Notes: a model not told the origin generated them from the letters alone. A stretch of DNA of 64,000 nucleotides from Trypanosoma brucei (GCA_000002445.1 CP000066.1:544001-608000), one strand, 5' to 3'; positions 40,707 to 50,908 are shown, numbered from the stretch's first letter. Made by a program: numbers and translations.

Positions 40707-41393
40707 TCATGAACTCTGCTTCATCCCACTATAATATGTCCTCCCAAAATACCCCTTTGGCCGAGCTTCGTAACGTGGTGCCAAGTTTTGTAGTGGCTGC
40801 ATCTCCATCTCTTTGTATGGACTACGCTTCACATCTTCCGCTGTTATTTCGTCCACAGTCCAATCCCTGGGTCTCTCATCGTCCCTGTGTAGCAAATGGT
40901 CGTTCTGTTCAATTGCGTCAATTTGTGATTGCTCTGTTACACCATATTCTCCTAACGTCTTTTGTGGGTCCAATTCTTTCCCATCGATAGCAAGATGAAA
41001 GGACGAAACACAAAGATAGGGAGACTGATTCTCAACGAGAACAAGATCCTTTACTTGTGCAATAGTACTGTCTTTCGGAGCCATAATCTGAACAACCTGC
41101 ATACGCTGCTCCCAGCCAGATGTAACCCAGGTAAATATTTTGAACCTTATTCTTAATGGAATTAGGTGCTGCACCCTCGGGTCGTCAGTTACTGCCCGCC
41201 AATAGTGCCTGTCAGTATCATGAAGAATGGACTCTAAGCTCCCCGAATAAAAGCGCGTATCTCCAGGTGTCGCTGCTCGGATGGGTCCAGGATATGTCGT
41301 GGACTCTTCAAACCGTTTTCGGGCTTCAAACGCCTCCTGCTGGTAGTGTCCAAGAAGTCCTGCCTTCAACAGAGAAAGGGCGCCGCGCCTCAT
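40707..41393 (-). CDS. Hypothetical protein with a presequence-like N-terminus and an internal ubiquitin-like fold candidate. It is the first gene of the minus-strand block.
   Basis: 228 aa, ATG start. MRRGALSLLKAGLLGHY is presequence-like. MQVVQIMAPKDSTIAQVKDLVLVENQ...IDGKELDPQKTLGEYGV resembles a ubiquitin-like beta-grasp. Confidence 0.4.
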   Translation of the reverse strand: MRRGALSLLKAGLLGHYQQEAFEARKRFEESTTYPGPIRAATPGDTRFYSGSLESILHDTDRHYWRAVTDDPRVQHLIPLRIRFKIFTWVTSGWEQRMQVVQIMAPKDSTIAQVKDLVLVENQSPYLCVSSFHLAIDGKELDPQKTLGEYGVTEQSQIDAIEQNDHLLHRDDERPRDWTVDEITAEDVKRSPYKEMEMQPLQNLAPRYEARPKGYFGRTYYSGMKQSS

Positions 41394-41504
41394 CTGCCGG
41401 CAGACAGCCCGATAACAAACTTTTGTGAAAGCGAGTGAAAATTAAAAAAGGCAGGTTTTTTCTTTTTAATGAGACACAGCGGTATATTGCAAGGTGTAAG
41501 CAAT

Positions 41505-41521
41505 CCCCTACCCCCCCCCCC
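41505..41521. repeat. Poly-C run (poly-G on the minus strand) at the minus-strand edge of the strand-switch region
   Basis: cccctaccccccccccc. Confidence 0.9.
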
Positions 41522-43743
41522 ATCTTAACAGGTGGAGTGCGCAGCTATATACACGCACACATATGTGCATATCCATGCCCGAAAAAGGCAAATAATCCTA
41601 GAGTCGCGGGCGCGCACGAAGAAACAGGTCTGGAAGCTTCCAAAACAACGTGCCAGTAGACAGCATACAATAGAGCAACAAAACGATAGCAGACAACTCT
41701 ACACGTTGTCTTCAAGGAAGGTTTCCACACTTCTGCAAAGCAGACAAGAGGAAATCGAAAGTGACAGGACCGAAAAGGGTTAATAAACCCAAAACACCAG
41801 TACAGCCAGCCCACCCACTGTCCGCCAAAACGGGACCACTGTCTAATGAAATTTAGACATCTGCAGACCCTCAGAAAACTACGGCCCCAAATTCCTCAGT
41901 AGTAGATGCGACCTTTTATCCCCGAAATAAATTTAAAAAGTGGAGGATAGCGCATACAATACTTACCATTTCCCCCAGCCAAACTTCCCGATGCGAAAGT
42001 CTGAGGACCCGCAGGGAACGGCACTGCACTCTGTCCTCTTTCTCAAATTGAAGGACGGAACAAGATGTTAGTAGACAGAATGATAGTTGTCCGGTTCTGT
42101 GGCTTTTCGGGAAACCGATAAATGACATTATTGAAGGAATGGCAGGATGATTTGAAAAATCGACCGTAAAAAAAAAAGAAAGAAACTACTGAGACATCTG
42201 GCGTTCGAAAGCTGGCCATCTCGGAACGAACGCAAGGCAGTGCGACTATACAGATGTCGGGGTGCTGCCACTAAACCTAAGAAACGCTACAGCATCTGCG
42301 AAAAGAAAGGGAATGAAAAGGCCAGAACTGTTAGCCCTCATGCCAAAGGTTGCGGTTGCCCCTAGAAACATCTTAGCTTAGGGGGGCCAAGCTTCGGTAC
42401 TGCACTCAACCGCCATCAGCCACAGCTGCATATGTTTTGTTGGTTATTTAAGCCTAGTGGTGCGTGTCGCAAAGCCCTTTTAGGCTTCCAGCTTCCATTG
42501 CCTGGGATATGCCCCTTATTTCTGAGAAGCATGGCGCGAGTCTGGTAACATTCCCAAATAATCAACAACGGCAAGACGACGTGCACAACACCCGTCTGCT
42601 GAGCGAGAGTGTGATTATAATAAAGAGGGCGGGCCAAATAACTCTGCTTGTGGAATCGCCCCCATGGAAGCCTCCTAGGGTGCCAGCGTCCCTCCAAGGT
42701 CGACCCGTTCTACGTTTGTTGTTTTTTTTTTCCTGGTTGGCAGCCGTGATTTTAGTTGCGTTTTCACATACACTGAACGGCGGCAGTGCAAGTGCAATGG
42801 CCAAGCGTCCGGATACACACAACTCTGTTTAATTACTTACAATCACCGTTCATGCAATACCGTTTTGTTTTTTTTTTGTGGGGAGAGGGTAACGGCCAAC
42901 AGTGACTCGAAGACGCAGCGCATGTTTGCACTTGCCTATCACAGTTTGCGCGTGTTTTGGTGCTGCCCGCGACACTCCATTTGCCTTGTCCGACAGTTCC
43001 TTGAACAAACTAGGCGTTTGGGGGCGAGATATTCTCAGGACGGTCCCTTCTAGCATGCAAGATTGCCCGTCCAAGCTTGACGCCGCGCTGGTGCAGCTTT
43101 CCCCTCCCACGCGCGCCGCCATTTCCGGGGTTTCAATCCTGTAGGTGGAGGTGACCTTCCGCTACACTCGTCCAAGAGTCCGGTGCAAATCTGAGCGGGT
43201 TTCTGTGGGGCCGTTGGGCCCGCCGCCGCTATGTTTGGTTCACTGCCGGGAGGAAAGTGCCCCCCTCCCCTGTTGCGGGTGTTCGGTGGCCTTCGGGTCA
43301 GTAGTGCGAACTTCCCACCCGGGCTTTGGCGTGTTCCCCTGTTGTTGTCTTGACCGGGGAGGTTACGCTCCTCTGTGTGCGTGCGGTTGCCATTCCAATC
43401 TTTGTTTGAAGGCGAAGATCTGCCGCGGCCACTTCGCGATCCGCTGCTGCAATGGAAGTGAGAGTGGAAGATATTCTTAGCAATGATGTGGTCTTTCGCT
43501 GCCCCTCTTAGTACCACCTTCCTATTATGTTTTTTTTACCGCTATCAAAGACACGTTCTTCAATTGTCACGTCACATACGAAACTGTGTTTTTCGTGCGC
43601 GTGCACACGCACGCATGTAAAAGCTGAGTTTGCTGACATTGTAATGCATACACTTTTTTATTACACTATTTCCAGACGATGCATCCCAAAATAGAAACGT
43701 TTGATCGCGTGGCTGGTTAGTTGTTGATTGGGGCGATTTTGTG

Positions 43744-43857
43744 CTTCACGACGCTTCTTGTTATTTTTTATTTGTATGGCTATTGTGTGATTCTTTCTCA
43801 CTCTTTTTCCCTTTTTTTCTTTGTTTTCCCTGTCACTTATTCTTACGAACAGGGGGT
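43744..43857 (+). promoter_or_regulatory. Polypyrimidine tract plus AG trans-splice acceptor upstream of the first plus-strand gene.
   Basis: About 100 nt of T/C-rich sequence (ttcttgttattttttatttg...ctttttttctttgttttccctgtcacttattcttacgaacag) ending in AG at 43849-50, 8 nt before the ATG at 43858. Confidence 0.6.
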
Positions 43858-45183
43858 ATGTCCGCCATAGAACAGGCTAACTTTCGCCTACAAGCAGGTT
43901 CCGAGTTAGTGGTTGTAGTGCCCTACAGCACCGAGCGTTGTTCCGCTACCTTAAAAGTGGTGTCTGGGGCCGGTGGCTTGGAGCCGCGGGTGGATGTGCT
44001 TGGCGCCCCAGTTATTGTAGATGTATCGTACAATCTTCCTCCTGGAATCACCTTTACAGTCTTTACATGGAGCAACGCTAACATTCGAATTGAAGGATCA
44101 AAACAACTCGTTCAGAACTGTTTTCGCTCAACAACCCATCCATTTGCCCGTTCCATTGTTGAGTACCACTGCTTAATTCATAACGCTCGTCTACTTGCTG
44201 ACAAACAGGGTTTGTTTGGACCGATGGTCCTTATATGCGGGCAAAATGACACTGAGAAGCATGCAATATCTAGGACTCTTAGCAGCTATGCCGCAAGAAC
44301 AGGATGGGCCCCTCAATTTGTTGATCTTGATTGTGGGATGGGTCAGTTATTAAGCACTCCGGGAACTGTTGCAGCATGTGTAAGTGAGTGTCCGATGACA
44401 TTAGACGAGGATACCAGCACTGGTCCCCTTTCGGTTGCTTTTTTCGTAGGCTCGACCGAACCGCAGGTAAAAGGTGTTTCTGGGGAGTGGAACATGTTTG
44501 CCCCTTATGTTCATTATTGCCGTTTGCTACTATCATGTGTAAGTGAGCGAATAGCAAGACACAAGGGCGGGGCTGGAGGATCTAGTGGTGCAATCATCGT
44601 GCTGCCTGAACTGAGAGGGAGCAATGGACTGCTTTTCGTCGTGGATATCATTCGTCAGTTCAACATTTCGCATATTCTATGCGTGGGTGACGATTTCCTC
44701 TTTTGTGGACTCCACGAGAGGATACCGAGGTTGCGTGAACATATGGCTTCGCGTGTTGGTGGGGATATTCGTCTTGATAAACTATCGGGATCGCCTCACT
44801 TTCCTTCGCCAGACACTCGAACCGAACGTCTTTCCTCCATAATGGAAAGATATTTTTTTGGTGGTGGTGCAGTCGATCTCCAACCTTCAGAAATTAATAG
44901 GCGGTATGCAAGCATTGAGATACTTCTCTTAAAGGAAGCTAACGGACAGGCGGTAGTTTCCCCAGTAGAGCAGGATGCACTAGAGGGAGTTGTTGGGTGC
45001 GTGGGGTCCTTGTTTGAGTCATCCGCCATTCATGAGAAAGGTGCTCTTTCTCTTGCCCCATTTGCTCTCGCGAGGGTGCAGGGGATCGACGCCAATGGAG
45101 TCAGCCTTCTTGTGAGCACGCACTCGGCAATTCCAGAGAGGCTAACCATGATCGTGGGAGCTTTCCGGTGGGTAACAAGTTAA
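43858..45183 (+). CDS. Clp1/Grc3-family protein (mRNA cleavage-polyadenylation factor / polynucleotide 5'-kinase-like) with a degenerate Walker A motif.
   Basis: VDLDCGMGQ matches the conserved Clp1 DLDxGQ motif. An N-terminal beta-rich domain is followed by a central P-loop-like fold, but the Walker A position reads GQNDTEKH instead of GxxxxGKS/T. The track ORF begins at GTG 43741 inside the polypyrimidine tract, so I trimmed it to the ATG at 43858 (MSAIEQ...). Confidence 0.45.
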   Translation: MSAIEQANFRLQAGSELVVVVPYSTERCSATLKVVSGAGGLEPRVDVLGAPVIVDVSYNLPPGITFTVFTWSNANIRIEGSKQLVQNCFRSTTHPFARSIVEYHCLIHNARLLADKQGLFGPMVLICGQNDTEKHAISRTLSSYAARTGWAPQFVDLDCGMGQLLSTPGTVAACVSECPMTLDEDTSTGPLSVAFFVGSTEPQVKGVSGEWNMFAPYVHYCRLLLSCVSERIARHKGGAGGSSGAIIVLPELRGSNGLLFVVDIIRQFNISHILCVGDDFLFCGLHERIPRLREHMASRVGGDIRLDKLSGSPHFPSPDTRTERLSSIMERYFFGGGAVDLQPSEINRRYASIEILLLKEANGQAVVSPVEQDALEGVVGCVGSLFESSAIHEKGALSLAPFALARVQGIDANGVSLLVSTHSAIPERLTMIVGAFRWVTS

Positions 45184-45442
45184 TGAACAGGATATATTTT
45201 TTTGCTGTGCAATTCCACCCATTTACGACATCGTGAAACGGCCGAAGGGAGGGTTTGTACTATTTAACGTATTTGCAGACATTTCCTGGAGTGGATAACC
45301 ACACAAATGCCCACACATGTATGTGATCGTGTGGCCACTACTAACGCGCGATTGCTATTTTTACACTCCGGCTTTGAAGGAGGCTCTTTCTGCTTCTTGT
45401 CGAACTCTCTAATATTTCTGTAACCAAAGAGTTCAAAGCTTT

Positions 45443-47236
45443 ATGAACCCTTTATGCGAAATCATTAAGCTTAGCAGTCTTCGCGATGCTATGGTTGAGG
45501 AGCTAACGAAAATTATTAAGGGTCCCAAGTCAACTGAAAGTGATACGAAGGTGATTTATGCGTCTCCTAATATCCACTCAACATTGGGGACTATTTTTCC
45601 GACTGAAGAAACACTTCATAGTGGCCTTGGGGTATTGGGAATATTTCCGTTAGGTGTTGAAGCTGACATCGTAGAGGCAGACCGGGGTGTCTTCTTGGTG
45701 AATGCGGACATCGAATCACTTCGAAAGCTAGAGGGAACTTTGCTTAAATTCGCAGAGACAAACCCAAACGCCCCGCTCCATACCCTTTTTGTACCGAAAA
45801 AAACTGTTATGATTGAAGAAATAATGGAAAACAGTTTTCAGTCACTACTCTCTAACCCGAAGTTGCAAATAGAAGAGTTTGATTGGGACGCCTTCCCGCT
45901 AGATGATGACGTTGTGTCATTGGAATTGCCCCTTTCTTTTAGGCAGCTGGTGGGCGATGGAGATCCGACGGTTCTCTTCTTGTGTGCGAGAATGGTACTA
46001 AAGCTCCAGACATCGTTCTTTGGTTCAATACCCATAGTAAGAGGTCGGGGAGCACATGCAGCAAAAGTGGTTCATATGCTTAAGAGGATGCGCAGCGAAA
46101 TTGGCAGTGATTCTTTCGTAGCTGTGGCACCCAAGATCGAGTCTTTGCTTATTCTTGATAGGTCGGTGGATTTGTTAACACCGTCGCTCACCCAAATGAC
46201 TTATGAGGGTATCATAGACGAATTTTTCTCCATAAGCTCCGGGGGCGTCACTTTATCGTTTGACGTTGGCGAAGGTTCAAACCTGTGCACAGGTCAACGC
46301 ATTCACTTGTCTAACGACGACAAAGTATTCAAAGAGATCCGTGACAAGAACTACACCCATGTCGGGTCCGTTCTCCACAACAAGTCGGTTTGGATAAAGC
46401 AATGTTACGACAAGCGAAAGGAACTTCAGCAGCTCAAGGAACTCAAGGATTTTATGAAAGGGTTACCTGAAATGCAGGAAATGCATCGTTTAATTGGAGT
46501 CCACACAGCGATAGCAACAGAGATTGGAAAGAGGACGCAGACCATTGACTTTAGGCGGCGAATCGTCATAGAGCATTATATCTTACAGCAGACGAATGAA
46601 CGAGAAGTGTTTGAGTACATTGAAGAGCTCGCCAACGACAGCGCGCCGATGGAAGATGTTCTCAGACTTCTTTCTTTGTATTCAGTTATAAATGGAGGCT
46701 TGAAAGACAAATTTTACGATCATTTTAAACGGGTTCTGTTACTTTCATACGGTATTCCTTTTGCTATGGCCACGCTAATGTGTCTTGAACGATGTGGTTT
46801 GATAACAAAATACGATACGAAGCATTCAAATTATTCGTCACTACAGAAGCAATTTAAATTATGGACATCCGAATTACAGAATCAGCAGCAGAATGACTTA
46901 GCACTTCCATATGGCGGGTACGTGCCTCTCTCCGTACGACTGCTTGAAAAGGTGATAACTCATCCCGAGTCGTGGAGCACACCTGGGAGTATGGGAGAGT
47001 CCAGTCCTGATGAAAAAGTTGAAATTCGCTACAATGAAGAGACACCTGAAGGCCCACCGGTAACGATGTTTCTTCTTATTGGAGGTATCACACGCGCTGA
47101 GATAAGCGCAATAAGGCTCCTGCAGTCGAAGTTGGCCGATGCCGGTAATCCACGACGCATTGTCGTTGCGACGACAAGTATTGTGAATGGGGCTACAGTT
47201 ATAACTTCAGCACTGCCCTATCCTTTGGAAGAGTAG
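45443..47236 (+). CDS. Sec1/Munc18-family protein, Vps33-like.
   Basis: 597 aa. SM signature LLILDRSVDLLTPSLTQMTYEGIIDEFF is closest to Vps33 (L.IDR..DL.TPL.TQLTYEGLIDE) rather than Vps45 or Sly1 (WTYQA). Confidence 0.6.
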   Translation: MNPLCEIIKLSSLRDAMVEELTKIIKGPKSTESDTKVIYASPNIHSTLGTIFPTEETLHSGLGVLGIFPLGVEADIVEADRGVFLVNADIESLRKLEGTLLKFAETNPNAPLHTLFVPKKTVMIEEIMENSFQSLLSNPKLQIEEFDWDAFPLDDDVVSLELPLSFRQLVGDGDPTVLFLCARMVLKLQTSFFGSIPIVRGRGAHAAKVVHMLKRMRSEIGSDSFVAVAPKIESLLILDRSVDLLTPSLTQMTYEGIIDEFFSISSGGVTLSFDVGEGSNLCTGQRIHLSNDDKVFKEIRDKNYTHVGSVLHNKSVWIKQCYDKRKELQQLKELKDFMKGLPEMQEMHRLIGVHTAIATEIGKRTQTIDFRRRIVIEHYILQQTNEREVFEYIEELANDSAPMEDVLRLLSLYSVINGGLKDKFYDHFKRVLLLSYGIPFAMATLMCLERCGLITKYDTKHSNYSSLQKQFKLWTSELQNQQQNDLALPYGGYVPLSVRLLEKVITHPESWSTPGSMGESSPDEKVEIRYNEETPEGPPVTMFLLIGGITRAEISAIRLLQSKLADAGNPRRIVVATTSIVNGATVITSALPYPLEE

Positions 47237-47398
47237 TGTACCGTTGCTGTGCTCACAAGTTTTTTTCTCCGGCGGCTAGTCGCGTTACCATAATTGTTTT
47301 TTTTTTAATTGCTGGAGGAAACAAGTGATCAAATATATGAGGTTCATTGGCTTTCTTTTGTCCCTTCTCTTTTTTCTTTGAACACACTTTCTCTCCAG

Positions 47399-48520
47399 AT
47401 GTCCGGGCCGCCTAAGCAGTGCTACTACGAGTTGCTTCAGGTTGACAGAAAAGCGTCATCAGAGGAAATACGCCAGGCATACAAGAAACAAGCACTCATT
47501 CACCACCCGGACAAGAACTATAGCAACGAACAAAGTACGATAGAAAAGTTCAAGGATATTCAAAATGCCTATGCCGTCTTAAGTGACCCTGATGAGCGTG
47601 CCTGGTATGATGCTCACCGAGAAAGCATACTAAATGGGGAGGACGCTGACAGTTCTCAGCATGAGGTTAACCTCTATTGCTACTTCACATCCAGGTGCTT
47701 CGATGGCTTTGACGATAACGAAGGAGGATTTTACTCTGTATATAGGAAGGTCTTCGACCAGCTTATCGAAGATGAAAGTGAGTATAGTTCAAATGCGAAA
47801 ACTTGGCCTCGTTTTGGTGACAGCGCGACGAGCTGGAGTTCTGTTTCCAAGTTTTACAGTCACTGGAGGAATTTCAGTTCCTGCAAGACGTTCGCGTGGA
47901 AAGATGAATATAAGGTGAATGAAATCCCTGACCGCGCATCTAGGAGAATGGCTGAAAGAATCAACCAAAAGCTGAGGACGTCGGCGAAAAAGGAGTACGT
48001 GCAAATTGTCCAGGGTTTGACTCGGTTTGTCCACCGTCGCGACCCTCGTGTGGCTGCGGAACTTACACGGCAGGAGGAAGAAAGACGACTGAAGGAAGAA
48101 GAGAGAGAAAAGAGGGAGCTTGAATGGGCGAAGAACCGTCGTGAAGCTAACGAGAAACTTTGGGCTGAAGCCGCTGAGAAGGAGGCCGAAGAGGAGCGGG
48201 CCAGAATTGAGCGGGGTGAGGCCCCCGATTCGTGCACTCTGGATCTTCTTTACGAGAAACAGAGGCAATGTGAAGAGGCGCGAAAGGTAAAAGGTGGGAC
48301 CAACTGTGGCTTTGCCATGTTGGAGGATGAGCATGAGGACAACTTACCCGAAAAGAAGCGTAGTTGTCCCGCGTGCAAGAAGCAGTTCAAAACTGATGCT
48401 CAGTACAAGGAACATGTGAACAGCAGCAAGCACAAAGCGAAGCTGCGGCAGCTGTCGGCAAAGGGTGTTGACATTGAAACCCTAATGAATGAGGAGAAAG
48501 ATATCAGTACCTGCGTGTAA
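47399..48520 (+). CDS. J-domain protein with a C-terminal C2H2 zinc finger (Jjj1/DNAJC21-like ribosome-biogenesis co-chaperone).
   Basis: J domain YYELLQVDRKASSEEIRQAYKKQALIHHPDKN with the HPD motif, then a charged central region, then C-terminal CPACKKQFKTDAQYKEHVNSSKHK. The track ORF starts at TTG 47309 and the first ATG is at 47399. A polypyrimidine tract plus AG sits immediately upstream. Confidence 0.7.
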   Translation: MSGPPKQCYYELLQVDRKASSEEIRQAYKKQALIHHPDKNYSNEQSTIEKFKDIQNAYAVLSDPDERAWYDAHRESILNGEDADSSQHEVNLYCYFTSRCFDGFDDNEGGFYSVYRKVFDQLIEDESEYSSNAKTWPRFGDSATSWSSVSKFYSHWRNFSSCKTFAWKDEYKVNEIPDRASRRMAERINQKLRTSAKKEYVQIVQGLTRFVHRRDPRVAAELTRQEEERRLKEEEREKRELEWAKNRREANEKLWAEAAEKEAEEERARIERGEAPDSCTLDLLYEKQRQCEEARKVKGGTNCGFAMLEDEHEDNLPEKKRSCPACKKQFKTDAQYKEHVNSSKHKAKLRQLSAKGVDIETLMNEEKDISTCV

Positions 48521-48646
48521 AACATTTAATTGTATGCTTTCATAGTTCTTATCAAGTTTTTGGGCACTCGTTCTTTTCTACCCCTCCCCAACACACTGCC
48601 AGTATGCTCTACACCTGACCTCTACACTTATTTGTTTAAGTAACAA

Positions 48647-49252
48647 ATGCTCCACACAGTGAGCGAGTTGGCGATGCGCAGGTGTTTGTGCCTGCGTGGC
48701 TTTCGTCCTCAGGTGGCGGTAAGCGCCCTTGGCATTGATTTACGGAGTTGTGGCGTGCGCTTTTGCGCATCGAAGCCTCCTGGGATTCATTTGACTCAGC
48801 GTACGTCCGAGGGCCCGGTCAGCGATGACCCCAGGCGGGGTGCTGTGAGGAACAATATCGAGGAGTTGGTAAAGAATCTCTCAGAGGAGGACCAAAGATT
48901 AATTCTCAGCGCTCTGCAGGATCCAGAGGCGCAACCCAGTTCGAAGATGGGTGGCCCTGGAATAGGCACAAAAACAGGTGACATGGTTGCGGCGTTCACG
49001 TGTGGGCAGTGTGAACATCGTATGGTCAAGAGGTTTAGCAAACATGCTTACACAAAAGGTATTGTAATTGTTCAGTGTCCCTCTTGTGAAGTGCGACATC
49101 TACTCGCCGACAACCTTGGCTGGTTTGTGGATGGGGCCAAGAACGTTGAAGAAATGCTCCGCGAAAAAGGCGATTCTTTTATTCGTGTGGGTAATGATTA
49201 TCAAGTTGAACCGACTAGTGTTGGGACTGAGCGCGACGGTAATAATAACTGA
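48647..49252 (+). CDS. ZIM17: DNL-type zinc-finger protein (Zim17/Tim15/Hep1, mitochondrial Hsp70 escort protein).
   Basis: CGQCEHRMVKRFSKHAYTKGIVIVQCPSCEVRHLLADNLGWF is the DNL zinc-ribbon signature. The N-terminus is presequence-like (MLHTVSELAMRRCLCLRGFRP). Confidence 0.8.
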   Translation: MLHTVSELAMRRCLCLRGFRPQVAVSALGIDLRSCGVRFCASKPPGIHLTQRTSEGPVSDDPRRGAVRNNIEELVKNLSEEDQRLILSALQDPEAQPSSKMGGPGIGTKTGDMVAAFTCGQCEHRMVKRFSKHAYTKGIVIVQCPSCEVRHLLADNLGWFVDGAKNVEEMLREKGDSFIRVGNDYQVEPTSVGTERDGNNN

Positions 49253-49474
49253 GTTTTCCTCCGTTTTCCCTTCCCACTCCCCTCTTTGGTTGTCAAACTA
49301 CCCGGTGAGGATACCAGATTTCACTAAAGCTACCCTGTTGAGACACTTGCTGGTTTGTATCCCCCTCAACATTTTATGCCGCACTTATACACTTCTCGTT
49401 AGGTTTTGGGGATACCTGCATCACCTGTAGCATAGTAGGACGATACACGTATATCAACGAGAAGTGTCACAAAG

Positions 49475-50377
49475 ATGAGTTACGAGATACAACCCATATT
49501 GAAGGGGACGAAACGCGACCCAGCAACGCGGAAGTACAACAGGGCAGCGGGAAAGGGTCCTTTTGGTGCCTTCCCCCCAGGCTACGCTCCCAAGCAGGAG
49601 AAGCCCAGCATCCCTATCGAGGGACCGGTAGCGGTGCAAGGTGTGCGCTTCGCGTATAAGGGAACCGTTCAGCGCACAGGTGGCACCACGACATCCTTGT
49701 ATAAGGGTCGCCAACAACATGAGAGTGCAGTCGCCTTTACTACCAACGGTGCCGGTGACAGCAAGCCACCCAAAGCGGGTGCATTCAAGCGTCGATTGAT
49801 ACCACCCACTGAGTTCCGTCGGTACTATGATCGTGGAGACTTGCCGTTGTCTGTTGCTCATGGAAACCGCCCCACTATTGACTGGAAGGTAGATGTGGAA
49901 AGGCTTGATTATCACCATTATCTTCCTATATTCTTTGATGGGATTCGTGAGACGGAGGAGCCGTATATGTTTCTTGCGAGACAAGGGTGTTTGGATCTGC
50001 TAAAGCGTGGTGGTCCCAAGATACTCCCAACAATCCCTCAGCTGATTATTCCCATAAAAACTGCTTTAAACACGCGGCACCCGGAGATCATTTGCGCAAC
50101 GCTTCGGATTCTTCAACAACTGATTGTCAGTGGTGATCTGATTGGTGAGGCCTTGGTTCCTTACTACCGTCAGATACTTCCTATGTTTAACCTCTTTAAG
50201 AGCCGCCACAAGAATCGAGCCCGTGGAGATGCCATTGATTTTGGACAAAGGAAGCGCGACGATGTCGGCGATTTGGTTATTGAGACACTTCAGCTGTTGG
50301 AGGTTCATGGTGGCGACGATGCGTATATCAACATCAAATATATGGTGCCGACGTATGAGAGCTGTATTTTCAGTTGA
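49475..50377 (+). CDS. PACRG: Parkin co-regulated gene protein (PACRG) homologue, a conserved axonemal protein.
   Basis: Collinear with human PACRG over about 200 aa. Matching blocks include [91 protein letters not shown] and [12 protein letters not shown]. Confidence 0.9.
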   Translation: MSYEIQPILKGTKRDPATRKYNRAAGKGPFGAFPPGYAPKQEKPSIPIEGPVAVQGVRFAYKGTVQRTGGTTTSLYKGRQQHESAVAFTTNGAGDSKPPKAGAFKRRLIPPTEFRRYYDRGDLPLSVAHGNRPTIDWKVDVERLDYHHYLPIFFDGIRETEEPYMFLARQGCLDLLKRGGPKILPTIPQLIIPIKTALNTRHPEIICATLRILQQLIVSGDLIGEALVPYYRQILPMFNLFKSRHKNRARGDAIDFGQRKRDDVGDLVIETLQLLEVHGGDDAYINIKYMVPTYESCIFS

Positions 50378-50908
50378 GCAGCGTGATGCCGGAGGAACGT
50401 CGAGAAGAAAGAATGAGAAAAGATGCGTTTTTTGAAGTTAGAAAAGAAAGCTCACCCCAACTATTGGTTGATTTGTATTCAAAGGCCCCATGATGTCCTC
50501 ATGTAATTTAGATAAGCCTTTTGTTACATGCAGCTGAATACAGTGAAGAAAGCAGCGGATGAATTCCAGGAAGGGGGCGCTCTTCTTCATTTACACCAAG
50601 CAGATAATTTTGTTTTGTTTTGATAGAGTGGCTGCAAGGTGAAGCATACGGTGCTTACCACATAAACATGTACGATGTTCTCCATCAGGTGAAGGTATAG
50701 CCGTGTGCATATACGCAAGGTGTAATTGTGATCATTACCCTTGTATCTTCTTCACCCTTCCATTTACACCATTGTGTTTATATTTCTATCTAATTTATTC
50801 TGCCGTTCCTTTTATTACGCCTCCTTTGGTTACGTAAGTTGGTCGCTCCTTTCAGCGTATACCTCACGGCTGCTTTTTCATTGTGTTGGTTAGGCAAAAG
50901 GAGCATTA

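Larger units (their letters stand above)
41394..43857. promoter_or_regulatory. Divergent strand-switch region, the presumed bidirectional Pol II transcription start zone between the minus-strand and plus-strand gene blocks.
   Basis: All convincing CDS to the left are on the minus strand and all to the right are on the plus strand. The only ORFs here are short and GC-driven, with no coding character. AC-rich tracts at 41520-41560 and 41766-41830 are GT-rich on the minus (outgoing) strand. A GT-rich tract at about 43290-43440 lies on the plus (outgoing) strand. A C(11) run is at 41511-41521. Confidence 0.75.

Noticed and set aside
43050-43517. 155-aa minus-strand and 111-aa plus-strand ORFs inside the strand-switch region.
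   Set aside because: They are mutually overlapping and GC-driven, with R/G/P-rich low-complexity translations. They lie in the region expected to be promoter and untranslated leader, not coding.
41394-43857. Possible tRNA or snRNA genes at the strand-switch region (e.g. GTTCGAAA near 42207, GGGGTTTCAATCC near 43128, and a 7-bp inverted repeat gcgttcg...cgaacgc at 42210-42243).
   Set aside because: None of the candidates folds into a T-arm with a complementary stem or shows A/B-box spacing on inspection. The U6/U2 conserved blocks are absent. I keep this only as something tRNAscan-SE/Infernal should confirm.
43741-43857. ORF-track N-terminal extensions starting at non-ATG codons (GTG 43741, TTG 47309, GTG 61613, TTG 22400, TTG 31226, TTG 32603, TTG 5093, GTG 39451).
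   Set aside because: The first codons are GTG/TTG and translate polypyrimidine-tract sequence. Eukaryotic nuclear genes here should initiate at ATG downstream of the trans-splice site, so I trimmed each start to the first in-frame ATG.
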